Shown here: positions 38,461 through 50,308 of the stretch, piece after piece
How positions within the stretch are numbered: position 1 is the first letter of the stretch
Layout: each line of letters starts with the position of its first letter
Origin: Camelus ferus
Taxonomy: Eukaryota
NCBI RefSeq assembly: GCF_009834535.1
Contig: NC_045696.1
Location: 65,846,001-65,910,000, forward strand
Length of the DNA stretch: 64,000 nucleotides
Direction: 5' to 3'
The notes under the pieces: generated by a model
Databases searched by the model: none
The model's input: only the letters and a program-made list of their open reading frames with translations
Told to the model about the DNA's origin: nothing
Made by a program: the position numbers and the translations under genes

Positions 38461-38580
38461 GGAGAGGGGAGCAGGTAATTAGGTTTGTTTGTTTGTTTTA
38501 TTTAATGGAGGTACATGGGATTGAACCCAATACCTTGTGCACGCTAGGCATGCGTCCTGCCACTGAGCTATATCCTGCCC
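38461..38580 (-). mobile_element. tRNA-derived SINE, camelid vic-1-like
   Basis: Minus strand reads gggcaggatatagctcagtggc…gggttcaatcccatgtacctcca…aaacctaattacc (A and B boxes). TSD-like actgatttatttttg (38446-38460) and actgattgatttttg (38585-38599). Confidence 0.85.
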
Positions 38581-38954
38581 TTACACTGATTGATTTTTGA
38601 ATGTTAAACTAATCTTTCATTTTGGGGTTAAACCTCATGTATACTATTTGTTTATTCCAGAATATTAGTTTACAGTCTTTTTTTGCTAGTAATGTCTTTG
38701 TCTTATTTTGATGTCATAAGATGACTTGAGAAGTTTCCACTCCATTTTCTGAATGAATTTGTGAAGGATTTTATTATTTCCATCCTAAAAGGTTAATAAA
38801 ATTCACCAATAATGCCTTTGGGCCTGAACTATTTTTTGTTATGAACCCAATTTCTTTAATTGAATTGGATTATATAGGTTTTCTCACACTTTTTAAGTTT
38901 TATATATCTTTATCTATATATCTTCAAGTAATTTGTCCATTTCATTTAAGTTGT

Positions 38955-39290
38955 TGTCTTAGTCATTTAAGGATGCTATAACAAAGCACCATAGACTGGG
39001 TGGTTTATGAACAACATAAAGTTATTTCTTATAGTTCTAGACGCTGGAAGTCTGAACTCTGGTGAGGACCTCTTCAGGGCTGCAGACTGTAGTCTTCCTG
39101 TTATAGCCTCATGTGGTAGAAAAAGAGGGTGAGAGAACTCTCTGGGATCCCTCTTATAAAAGCAATAATCCATTCATGAAGGCTCCACCCTCATGACCTG
39201 ATTACAGGGCCCACTTCCCAGTATCATCATATTTGGAGTGAGGATTTCAATATGTAAATTTGGAGGGACACAAACACTCAGCCCATTGCA
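38955..39290 (-). mobile_element. MaLR solo LTR (MLT1A/B-like) with perfect TSD
   Basis: TG…CA termini; gttgt at 38950-38954 and 39291-39295; MLT1 signature gctataacaaagcaccatagactgggtgg. Confidence 0.92.
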
Positions 39291-39604
39291 GTTGTTGAAT
39301 CTATTGACATAAATATGTTCATAATTTTATCTTCTCATTCTTTTCATGTCTGAGGATCTATGGTGATATCCCTCTGTCATTGCTTGTATTTTGAGCTTTT
39401 CTATTTTCCATATCAATCTCCCTAAGAAGTAAGTCAACTTTTTTTCTCTTTTTTAAAAATTCAGCTTTTGTTTGATTAATTTTCTTCCAGATTCTGTTTT
39501 AATAATTTCTGCTCTTATCTTTACTATTTATTTTCTTCTACTTACTTTGAGTTTAGTTAGTTCTTCATCTAACTGCTTAAAGTGGAAGCTTAGACTATTA
39601 TTAG

Positions 39605-40492
39605 GCCAAGCCAGCAGCCTTGCCTGCCTCTTAAATATAGCCTCTGGCTCTGCATAGTGAGGGAGATTGAACAGTGACCCTGGGTGGCCTCACAGATGAC
39701 TATGGTACTGTCTTGTAGAACTCAGCCTATGACCTCGACTGGTTGCTGAACATAGCCTGTGACCTCTGCTAGACATGAAGCCCAGCCATGACTCCTGTCA
39801 ATCATGAAGCATAACATGAGGCTCTACCTCCAGAGAGAAACTGGGTAGTAAATGTGGGAGCACAGAGCAGCCTCCAGCTCCACCCCGCTGTGGGATACAG
39901 CTACAGACCAGTCTCTACCAGAGCCCAGCCAGTGACCTTGCCCAACAATGGAACACAGCCAGAGGTCTACTGTGATTAAAAAGCCCAGTCTGTGACCCCA
40001 CTCAACTTCAGGGCAGAGCCTGTGTCCCCACCTGATCGCAGAGCACAGCCTGAGGCCCCAGGAAGCTCTGCCTTCAGTCCCACCTGAACACAGATCCCAT
40101 CGTAGCAACACTACCTGGTCACACAGCACAACCTGCAGTCACACTGGACCAGGAGCAATTGTGGAACCTAGATCACAGCCTTGCCCAATAGTAGAGTCCA
40201 ATCAGTAGTACCACCCTGTGAGGGAACACAGCCTGTGAGCTTGACTGACCGGAAATAATTGCAGAACCCAGCGAATGGGTCCATCTGACCACGGAGCACA
40301 GCCAGCCGCTCTACCAGATCAGGGAGCAACACAGCAGCTTTGCTTGAATGCAGAGCCTAGTCAACGGCATCCCTCCTGACTTCAGAACACAGCTTGCCTA
40401 ACTAGAGACCCGATGGCAAGCCCCCCGACCATGGACAGTACCAGCTGACTTGTCTGGTATCCCAAGCTGAGCTGACTAGTAAAGGTCTTTCA
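39605..40492 (+). repeat. Degenerate 30-bp tandem array, probably an old L1 5' UTR repeat region
   Basis: gagcacagcc-like anchors at 39921, 39951, 39981, 40011 and 40041 (exact 30-bp period). The end gctgactagtaaaggtctttc resembles L1M 5' UTR sequence upstream of ORF1. Confidence 0.75.
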
Positions 40493-40843
40493 CAGCTCTG
40501 TTGTATTTAATTATTGTTAATCTGTTAAGCTCTCTCCTCTTTAAAATGTTATAAGACTTCACTGTCTTAACACCATGTTCTTTAAATCATTAAAGTCTTG
40601 TGTTATGGATTTTATGTGGTCTGTCTTCCCTCCTTAGATCCATAACTTCCTATATAAATGTGTGAAATTCCAATTAAGTTATTTACTTCAGAGTTATTCT
40701 ATCACAACAAAGATAGGCTGAAATAGATCATGTATTTTAGCCAAATAAAAGCATTTAGCTTTCTTATTACTTTATTCAGACACTGCTATTGAATCTTTTT
40801 GAATACTTTAAGAGCAAAAACTCAAATATTCTACTCTTGTTAT

Positions 40844-41292
40844 TGAAAGAGTAGAAAACTAACAAGATGGCGACTGAGTTGTTCAGGCCTGTACTTCTAG
40901 CTAAACTGATCTTATGACTAACACACTCCCCTCCTTGTACATTCTTTTCTTGGAATAACTTATCCTTTTACCCTTGAAGGAAGGACATGGACTGAATCTC
41001 AAGAAAATGGGCAGATCCTCCTAAATTCCTCCACAACAACAGCAAGCTCCTACCAAGGTGAAAGGGATGTAGCTCCTGCTTATACCTTGCTTGTTATCAC
41101 CCTCCTGATCCCATTTTTCTATAAAAACCCAGGACCCTTATTCCAAGTGGGCTCACAGTCTCTAGGGCATTAGCCTGCTGTGACTCCCTTTGCCTGGCAA
41201 AGCAATAAAGCTGTTCTTTCCTATCCTCCCAAAATGTTGCCCCCAACTTTCAATTTGGCTGTTGGGATACAGAGGTTGGTTTTTTGGCAACG
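40844..41292 (+). mobile_element. ERV1 solo LTR with retained promoter and polyA motifs
   Basis: Starts TG. YY1-like caagatggcg at 40863, TATAAAA at 41120, AATAAA at 41204. ggcattagcctgctgtg…tttgcctggcaaagcaataaagct signature. ttat 4-bp TSD at 40840-40843 and 41293-41296. Confidence 0.85.
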
Positions 41293-41799
41293 TTATCTAG
41301 CTTGTCCCTTCAGCACACAAGAATGGTGGCTAGTCTTGGGCTACCACAAAGATCTTGTAACCTAATTTCAAGAAGGTCCATGCTGCAAAAGAGTTACAAA
41401 AGGCCCAGGGGAGACAGTTTGTGAAGGGAACAATAGTGTGCTCCAGGGTAAGCTGTTAGGGTAATCAGCTCTTCAGCAAGCTGTTTTCAAGAGTGAGATG
41501 CTGATGACTGCCCTAAGGGAAATCTGCTGGAGAGTGATAAAGGTTTCCAAAGAGTAAGTGATCTGAGCTTCTCATTTAAATCAGAAAATGCAGGGTTTTT
41601 TTTAACCTAAAGAATTAAACAAGAAACCAAAGTGAAAATGCCTTGAGAGCCAATAGACAACTGGCCAAGTTCAAGTGGTATGTTCATGTTAATTTTTAAA
41701 CATGAAACAAAAACTGAATTCCTAATAAGTTCACTTGGCTTTTCTTAGAATTAACTATTATGTGGATGTTTTATTCCAGCTGCTGGGTACTCATAAGCT

Positions 41800-42346
41800 T
41801 GTATTAGTCAGAATTCTCCAGGGAAACAGAACCAGTAGGATATATATGGAGAGACAGAGAAGAGAGAGAGAGAAAGAGAGAGAGGTCTTTTATAGCAATT
41901 GGCTCATGTGGTAATGGATGCTGAGAAGTCCCATGATTTGCCATCTACAGGATAGAGAACCTGGAAAGCTGGTAGTATAATTTAGTTTGAGTCTGAAGGC
42001 CTGAGAATGAGTCAGGACTGGGGAAAGGTGATTGTTGGTGCTTGGATCTGAGTCCAAAAGCTTGTCTGAAGCACAATGTCTGAAGGCAGGAAAAGATGGA
42101 TGTCTAGGCTCACACAGAAAGAATGAATTTGTCCTTTCTCTGCCTTTTTGTTTTATTCAGGCCCTAAATGGATTGGGGGATGCCCACCCACACTGGTGGG
42201 GGCAGATCTTCTTTTCTCAGTCTGTTGATTCAAATCCCAATCTCTTTGGAAGACATCTGCACAGACATACGCAGAAATAGTGTTTTACAAACTGTCTGGG
42301 CGTCTCCTTAGATCAGTCAAGTTGACATATAAAATGATTTATTACA
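41800..42346 (-). mobile_element. ERV-L solo LTR (MLT2 family)
   Basis: tgtattagtcagaattctccagggaaacagaacc…(GA)n…aattggctcatg…cagtcaagttgacatataaaat…aca. Confidence 0.92.
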
Positions 42347-42454
42347 AAACCCAAAAAGTATGACAGGGTGATAGCCATGTTTGTTTTAGATGTGCTTTCT
42401 TACCAAATAAATAAATAAATAAGCCTGTTTAGAAGATAGTATGCTCAGTAAGTA

Positions 42455-42625
42455 CGTGAACACTAGAATTCAACTGATTTAAAATAAATCATTCTTCTAG
42501 TTAATAGTTGTGTAGGTATGGGCAAGTGAATTCTAAATGCTTCCACTTGTTAGCTGTAAAATGGGGATAAATATAACTGTCTTATGGGATTATTGGTTGA
42601 ATTAAGTAAACTAATTCATGATGAA
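42455..42625 (+). mobile_element. MIR SINE
   Basis: gggcaagt…ctgtaaaatggggataa…ttatgggatt…aattaagt. Confidence 0.7.
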
Positions 42626-42809
42626 AACGATTTAATTTTGTGTGTGATTTATGGACAGTAGTATTAGCTATTTTTTTATTTCTTCAAATACATGATATCT
42701 AACTCCTGAGAGAAAATGTATTACAGAGAAAAAGAGCACAGCTCTGGAGCTACTTTCCTAGGTCCAAATCCCAATTCAACCAATTTTAGCTGGATTTTTT
42801 TCCATCTAC

Positions 42810-44095
42810 ATGTGATAGCAATTCTTCCTTTGCTGAAATTTTCTGTTTTTTCATTTTTTTCAAGAGAATGTGTAATGATTATTGTTCTAAGCATTTTTAT
42901 GACAAATGCTCAAAAATTCTTGTCATAGATTTCCAACACCTGATTTATCCTGGTGTTGGTGTCAGTTGATTTTTTTACATTCAAGTTGAGATTTTCTTGG
43001 TTCTTAATATGAATGGATGCCTTTCAACTGTATCCTTTATATTTTGTCTGTTATGTTCGCAGACTCTAAGTTTTCTAAAATCTTTTAATCTAACAGATAG
43101 TCACTCTGTTTAGATTTAACAGCCATGTCCTGGAATTCTTTTGTGGGCTCTTGTTTCTCTGATGGTTTAAATTTCGGAGCCTTTGCAGTGCTATTTTGAT
43201 CTGCTAGGTTTATCTGGTACTGCTGGGGCTCCCACAGGTTCCTGTGGTTGTTGCCTTAGGAAGGCAGAAGATGTTTCCCCACCAGAACTAAGTGTCTCTC
43301 AGTGAGGAAGGGAAGTCTTAAGCCTTCCTGGAGTGAAGAGGTTTTTGCTATCAGGAGTTTGTTATAGTGGGATTTCCTGTGTGTGTTGGGGGCGGTGGGG
43401 GACAAAAACACTGTTGTGGTGGGACTTCCCCCATCCAGCTCTCCTCTTCTCCTACCCCGTTGTCTCTGAGCAAGGGAGTGACTCTCAGGAACAAAGAAGC
43501 TTTCTGGGTTTGGGTGCTTATTGGCTGCTTATTCTGTCAGGGTTCCATTTGCTGGTGCTGCCCAACTGAGCACATCACTCTTATTTTAAAAAGGGGGTCT
43601 TGAGCCCACAGGACTAAAAGGGCTTCCCTGGTTGTGTTGTTTATGGTGTCAGCATCCCTTTTGCTATTGCTGCCCAGCTGTCCAGTATCTCCTGGTAGAG
43701 GAGAGTCTCAGACTTGTCTTAGAAGAATGATTCCCCTTGCTGCTTATTGTTACCGGGGATCCCATGCTAAGGTGGTGATGTCACTGAACTCCCGTTCAAT
43801 CAGGGAAAGGAATGAGCCGACTTGGGCTGCATTCTATTGCACCATTAGGGGCTGGGAAACTCCTGGGTCCACTTATGAGTGTGTGTCTGTCTGAGTGTGT
43901 GTGTGTGTCAAGTTGCTCCACCCATTCTGAGGTATCAAGTTATTTGTCTTTCCTGTTCCATCTTTCAGCACTCCCCTTTGGTTGCATTTTACATTATTTG
44001 CAAGGTTTATGGTTGGACTTTTTAGGGAGAAGCAGAGAGAAAAGGGTACATTCAATCTTGTCCAACAAGAAGTTGTGGACTATTTTTGAACATTA
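42810..44095 (-). mobile_element. Old L1 5' region (L1MD/ME-like)
   Basis: ttgagattttcttggttctta…; end tagggagaagcagagagaaaagggtacattcaatcttgtccaacaagaagt resembles antisense old-L1 5' ends. Confidence 0.6.
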
Positions 44096-45801
44096 ATATT
44101 ACTTAAAAACAACATATAGTCAATGGCCAATTTCAAATTTTAACCAAAATCTTCTTGCAATTTAGTAGAAATAGATATAGTTTAAAATAAATACTGGACC
44201 CAATAAATTTTAGCTGGGGTGACTGGTCATAATATTAGCTATGGTTTGTCCCTCATAGGCATTTACAGTTCATTTATTCTCTCACTAATTTATTCACTTG
44301 CTCTAATTTGTAATGTTCCAAGCAAGTATAATAACTCTTCATATTATAATAGGAAGAGGACACAAAAGTCTCCTTTGTTCTTGGTTGTTCCCATTCACTC
44401 GTTCAACAACTAAAGATTTATATTATAAATAATAATATGAAAATCTGATAGATAGTGGTATACAAAGTTAATTAAGATGGTGCTCTCCATCTTTATTAAA
44501 TATTTAAAAATAAACAGCATGAAAAATAGTAAAATACATTCCCATTAGAAAGAATGCATGATTTACTCTGAGTACATACCAGTTTTTTAAAGTGCTGTGC
44601 AACTGGCCAAAAATATATTATTAAAGACACACACACATGTGTGCACATACATGCATACAGTCAAATAAACATCACACAACACATAATATAGAAAAATTAC
44701 ATATAACAAATAAAATGATAATGTTTTAGTATTATAATATTGCCTTTGCTTATAGAAATGAATTTAAATTAATATTAATGTTACTTCCACAAAGCCTTAA
44801 TAACCAGCAAATTCAAGGAAAACAATAAAATAAAACATGAAAAAAAAATTTAAAACACAGTTTTACATATCATATTTCCATGCAAAAATATTCAAGCTGA
44901 TAGTTTATTTTAGTAATAGAACAGAATTTTTTATTTAAAATTCCTTCAGGGGATTCTAAGCTTAAGAAATCAGAGATTTAATGAGGGAAAGACAACTATT
45001 AAAAATAATCAATTATTTATATTCCAAATTATCTCCTTACAAAATGACTAAATATTAAATGTCTTGGTTTATAGTACATTACATTATCAAAAGGTTGAGA
45101 AAGTTACACCTCTAGAGTGGAAAGAACTTTTCATAAAATAAAACATTTTAAGTTGGTTATTAATTCAAAAGCCAATTATTTGATTTCCATTATTCTGTTT
45201 GTAAAATCAATAAAGGCTATTTTGGGAGGAGCAGGTATCAAGATGAGTTGAAGAATGATGCTAAACACCTGGATTTGTCAACATTATGATCATACTATTG
45301 ATCCCTTGCTAAAGAAAAATACTTTCCATGTTTAAAATAAAGGTTCTCTGATACCCTCTGTTTTTGAATTCCAAAAAGCCAATATTTAACAACAATATTT
45401 TATGATTAAACAAAAGTATCTTATAATTGTACTTTGGTATAGTTTACAACATATTTTGACAAATTTAGATATTTCAGAGGGAATTGAAGCACAGAGAGGG
45501 AGCTAAGTCACAATGAACTGAAACCAGAAAACTTAGAGACTATGATCTTTCAGCTTCACTACATTGTCTGTTAGAGCATTTATTTACTACATTTAAAATA
45601 AGCATAGGTGTTTGAATACACTTGCAAAACTAGATCAAAATAACATATATTTTTAAACTCTAGAAACATTTTGAGACCCTCTTTAACCATGGGTGCATTC
45701 AGTAATCATTGCAGGTAATATAAATATGAATTAGGTGTTTAATCATTTGACTTCCTAACTGAGGCAAATGGCGGTGGCTGACACACAGGAGCAGCCCCAA
45801 A

Positions 45802-45885
45802 GGCAGTAATCCATGCCCTTCACACAAATAGCTGCCGAAAGGCAGATGGAGGTGCCAGTTGTGTCCGATGCAAGTGATTACTGCC
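45802..45885 (+). other. Nested stem-loop with GAAA tetraloop (candidate structured RNA)
   Basis: 10-bp, 3-bp, 6-bp and 5-bp nested perfect stems; see findings. Confidence 0.4.
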
Positions 45886-47064
45886 CAGCCTGCACACCAC
45901 CAGCTTGTTTTTCTCTCCATCAGAAAACTACCCATTAACTTTCCTAAGAGCCAAAAGCAAAAGGAGAGGAATTTATGAAGTCCCTAGCCCATATGGCTGG
46001 TAGTGAGTTAATCTGTGTCTGAGCAGCAGGCAGCACGAGCCAGTCTGTCTGTTGGGGCTGTTAGTAACCCAGGGGCAGATCAGAGAACAGCAGGGAAGGG
46101 GATCAACGCCGGCTGCAAATACAGTCAGGAATGTGGCAGGAATTATTTCTGAAAGCACCCTTTGCAGCATAAGGGCAGCCATCAGATGCTACATGATAAA
46201 CTATCTGCACTTTGTACACTTTGGTGATTATATCGAGTTGTTCATGCAGGAGTAAATTTAACACATAGTTATTTATATAATATATATAGTTATTATGAGA
46301 TATTCCTTTATATAGCTTCTTTTATATACATATATATATATATTCTTTTACATATTCTTTTTCATTATAGTTTACTACAAGATATTGAATATAGCCTCTT
46401 GTGTTAAAACAACTATTCAAGTGTTCCTTAAAAATGTGATATGTAGGCAATGAGAGTTTAAAATTATGCAGAGAGAAATTTCTCCAGATCAGCTGTGTTA
46501 GAAAAGGGTATGGACCGATTCTAAAGGTAGGACTGTGAAAGTGAGTGCTCTGATATATAGTCAGAAGAAGACTGGGGTTAGATAGTAGTCGTGTGGATAA
46601 AATAGCAAAATTAGGAGAAAATGGGAAATAACTTGATGCTTGAGAATACTAAGACGTGGGGACCATTAGGTACTAAAATTTAAATAAGAAATCTTGGTAG
46701 AGTGATTGAGTGATGGGTGTTAGTATTTTCTGCTCTCCCCTCCTCCTTTCTTCCTTTCTTCCTTCCTTCCTCCTTCATACTTCCTTCCTTCCCATGTCTA
46801 TCTTTCTATCTATCAACTATTTAATTTGTCATCTGTCCATCTGTGGTAATGTAAAGGTTTGGTATTTTTTTTGTATTCACAGGTTTAAAATTAAGGCACT
46901 TACAAAGATAAACTAGACCAAAGGATCTGCTTATATATAGTCTTTTGTTTCTTAATCATGAAAATAAAGCAATTAATTTATTTACACTTATTCATTAAAA
47001 AGCCAGAACATTGCTGTGATTCTTTAAATATTGAAGAGAAAAGTCAAAGACATAAAATGTTCAA

Positions 47065-47550
47065 AGAGGAAAGAGAGGGGAGAGGGGGAATGGATGAAGG
47101 CATTAAAAAAGTACAAACTTCTAGTTATAAGACAAATAAGTACTAGGAAGGTAATGTACCAACATGATAAATATAATAAATACTGCTCTATGTTATATAT
47201 GAACATTTTGAGAATAAATCTCATCACAAGGAAATTTTTTCTATTTCTTTAATTATGTATCTACATGAGTTGATGGATGTCCACTGGTTTTTTTAGGGGG
47301 TAATTAGGTTTATTTATTTATTTTTTATAGGAAGTACTGTGGATTGAATCCAGGGACTCATGCATGCTAAACGTGCACTCTACCACTTGCGCGATACCCT
47401 CCCCTAATGGATGTCCACTATCATGATAATCATTTCATGATGTATGTGAGTCAAATCATTATTTGTACACCTTAAACATATATGCTGAATGTCAGTTATA
47501 TCTCAATAAAAATTGAAGAGAAACAAAAAAAAAAAAAGAGAGAGAGAGAG
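47065..47550 (+). mobile_element. L1 3' end fragment interrupted by a SINE
   Basis: gtacaaacttctagttataagacaaataagtactagg…tgtacaccttaaac…tatatctcaataaaa, then an A/GA tail. Confidence 0.88.
47286..47404 (-). mobile_element. tRNA-derived SINE, camelid vic-1-like, with TSD
   Basis: Minus strand reads ggggagggtatcgcgcaagtggtagagtgcacg…ggattcaatcc…aaacctaattacccc. Perfect 13-bp TSD atggatgtccact at 47273-47285 and 47407-47419. Confidence 0.9.
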
Positions 47551-48044
47551 AAAGCTGAATTAAAATGACCATGCCCCTCCACAAAACAGGTATCTCTTAA
47601 TTAGATTATTTGAAATTATTTATAGCAACTTCAAATCTTCACCAGTATCCCTGTTTCAATGGATTATATAGGAAATAAAACCAGATTTGGAATGTGCACT
47701 TTAAGACACAGAAAAGGAGTATTTTATTTATCTTTTTTCCTTCCATTGAGGAAAGAATTAATTGAGGACCTAATATATACAGTGTAACATTCCCAACAAC
47801 TATTGTAAGAAACAGATAAACAGGATAGTACTAGCTATTGTATAATTCATAGATGAAGTGAATGTATCTTCCTATGATATTCACAACTATTACTGAATGT
47901 GATTACTCAGAAGGAACATTCCCAGAAAACTGCTATTTTGTTTTAATACTTAACCATTTTGATGCCACCGACTTGCCCTTGAGCTCAAAGATCTTCAAGA
48001 ACTTGAACATATTCCACAGGTATCCATTTTCTGTTAAGCAAGAT

Positions 48045-48168
48045 GATTAAATTGTAGAGTTCTGCTGTACAACATTATGCCTAGAGTTAACAATACGGTA
48101 TTGTACACTTAAAAGTTTGTTAAGAGGATAATTTTCCTGCTAAGTATTTTCGCCCACAATTGAAAAAT
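48045..48168 (+). mobile_element. Short L1MA-like 3' fragment
   Basis: ctgctgtacaacattatgcctagagttaacaatacggtattgtacacttaaaa. Confidence 0.75.
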
Positions 48169-49947
48169 ATCTCCAGAGAGGAAAAGAATTGATCAGGAAG
48201 GTCAAGTCTGTGCCCCATGGTCAAAGTACAGCACCATCTTCCTTTTTCTGAGACTTGTGGCCTTTAGTGTCAATGCACTCCATCTCATCTTCTGACAGAG
48301 CGTAGCTGAATTTTAGAATTAAAGTATTTACCATTTTTATGGCTCTGTGATCTGACCCTAGTAATGGGAATTGGCTGTTTCCGCAGTGAGGTGTATTCTA
48401 TTTTCTTTATGGAAACATGAGAAGTGAAATATTGTTACTCCTGGCCCATAGCAGTTGCTCTGAGATATTTGTTGCCTGAATGACTGACTGAATGAATGAG
48501 TGAGCCAATAAGTGATACCACATAATTATCCTCTAACACCTACTTAATTGTGGATACTTTGGGGCATGGACCTCAGAGACCAACTCCGGTTTTCTTCTCT
48601 CTGTTTCATATTGGAACAAACGTCCAAAAAATGTCTTAGAGTGATCAAGCAAGACGTTTGAGCTGGGCCTTGGACTTTTTGGATAAGAAGAAATGGAGGG
48701 AAATAGAGTGAGTCCAGGTCAATGACATATGAAGCACTGAGGCATAAAGGAGAAAAATACTAGGATGTGCCGAGGGGGACAATGAAGAATGGTATGTATG
48801 ATACCTAATTTTGTGTATAATTTTCTTTTGAAATTATAACACAGAGGGTTCCTGAAATATAAAGTTCAAATGAATGATAACTCTGCTAAAGATTTTATGA
48901 ATGAGAAGGCAGTAAACCTGGCAGTGATGATTTGGAAGAAGTTGAAAAGGATAGCAACATCGACAAGAGTTAGAAAGATGTATCCAGCACCAAAAGGCTC
49001 TGTGGTAGTGTTTGGTAATATCTATATGTATTTTTAGTAAAATTTAGTGGTAACTGGGATTATATAAATTTCATAGAATATATTAAAGAGTGTTTCTACA
49101 TCGAAGGCACTTACATTTTAGTAAGTGGGAGGAATTTGCATTTTATTTGCAAATATGCTATTTTCTAGAATATATACTTATATATCTATACATATATAAT
49201 GATTTATAGGTTATGTGGTAATTTCTCATTCACTACCTCATTTTATTCTTATAGTAATATTTTTTCTTAAATCGCAGTAACTCTCTAATAGACTCCATTT
49301 TATTGTATTAGAGCAGAAATTGTGCGTTATTAAAACTGGTGTTATTCATCCATACAATTGCTTTAAAATGAATCAGTGTTCACTGATTCTTAAAGTAACA
49401 CGCAGACATGTTTAAAAGCTGCAATACTCTGTCCCAGTCCCACTCCAAATACCTAAAGGCAATGACTTCTAGCTTATTTTAGTTGTTTATTATATTAATA
49501 TTAATTAATTCATTAATAATAAATTAAATTATATGAATTACCTCACTATCTCTAAATAATGTTCATGTCCAATGGCTCTTTGATTTATGAAAGTGTTTTC
49601 ATTGTTGATCGTCATCCCGCTAGGACCAAAAAAGATTCACCACATTTAAACTGCCTTCTTATCCCCTTTCCATTGCACTTCCAATATGGCTATATCTATT
49701 ATATTAATTTCTCTTTTGGCTTTTTTTTTATCATTATGAACTATTAAAGATATGGAAAAGAGAGAATAAATTAGTATAACAAATACATCTTTGACTACTC
49801 CCTAGCTTAATAAATAAAATATTGACAATACAGCAAGGTCTTCTGTATAAACCTTCTAATCACATTCTCTTTATTTTCCCCCCAAATGTAATCACCTCTT
49901 ATATTTGGCATTTGTTATTACCATATATATCTTTACTTTTTAAACAC

Positions 49948-50308
49948 CTGTATATCCTCTTATTCAAAACCCTTGGGATCATAAGCCTTTTGGAACTCAG
50001 AATTTTTCAGTTTCAAGACAATTATTATTTTATTGCTATTATATATTCTATGATGCTCCTTTCAGAGTCTAGAGCAGATTCTACAATAAAAATCTTCTAA
50101 TATTTCTATAGCAAAAAGTATAGTTATCCACAACAAATGTGATAAACAAAAGCTATAATAGCTTCACGTTATTTTGTTCACATTTTGTCACCAAGTGAGT
50201 TAAGATCAGGTAAAATTTTGCAACCAATTGATTTAGAGGAAAACAAACTTCTGATTTGCAGAGCTCTTAGCGTTTTGGAATTAATAGATATGGCGTTGTG
50301 GAATTGTA
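49948..50308 (-). mobile_element. TcMar-Tigger MITE, MER46C-like, within old L1 sequence
   Basis: Reverse complement of the right end (tacaattccacaac…aattccaaaacgctaagagctctgcaaatcagaagttt) and aaaacccttggg at the left end resemble recalled MER46C. Confidence 0.65.

Larger units (their letters stand above)
37880..39600 (-). mobile_element. Old L1 (L1MC/MD-like) fragments interrupted by a SINE and an MLT1 LTR
   Basis: Antisense 3' UTR (tagattagttttgcctttcctagaattacatgtaaatggaatc) and ORF2 phrases on both sides of the insertions. Confidence 0.85.

Noticed and set aside
38521..38580. tRNA gene (also 47341-47404)
   Set aside because: A/B boxes are present, but followed by a SINE body and tail and flanked by TSDs; no intact cloverleaf.
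39605..40492. 30-bp periodic array as CRISPR or a repeat-protein exon
   Set aside because: Units are degenerate throughout rather than identical repeats with unique spacers. No ORF spans the array and the phase slips.
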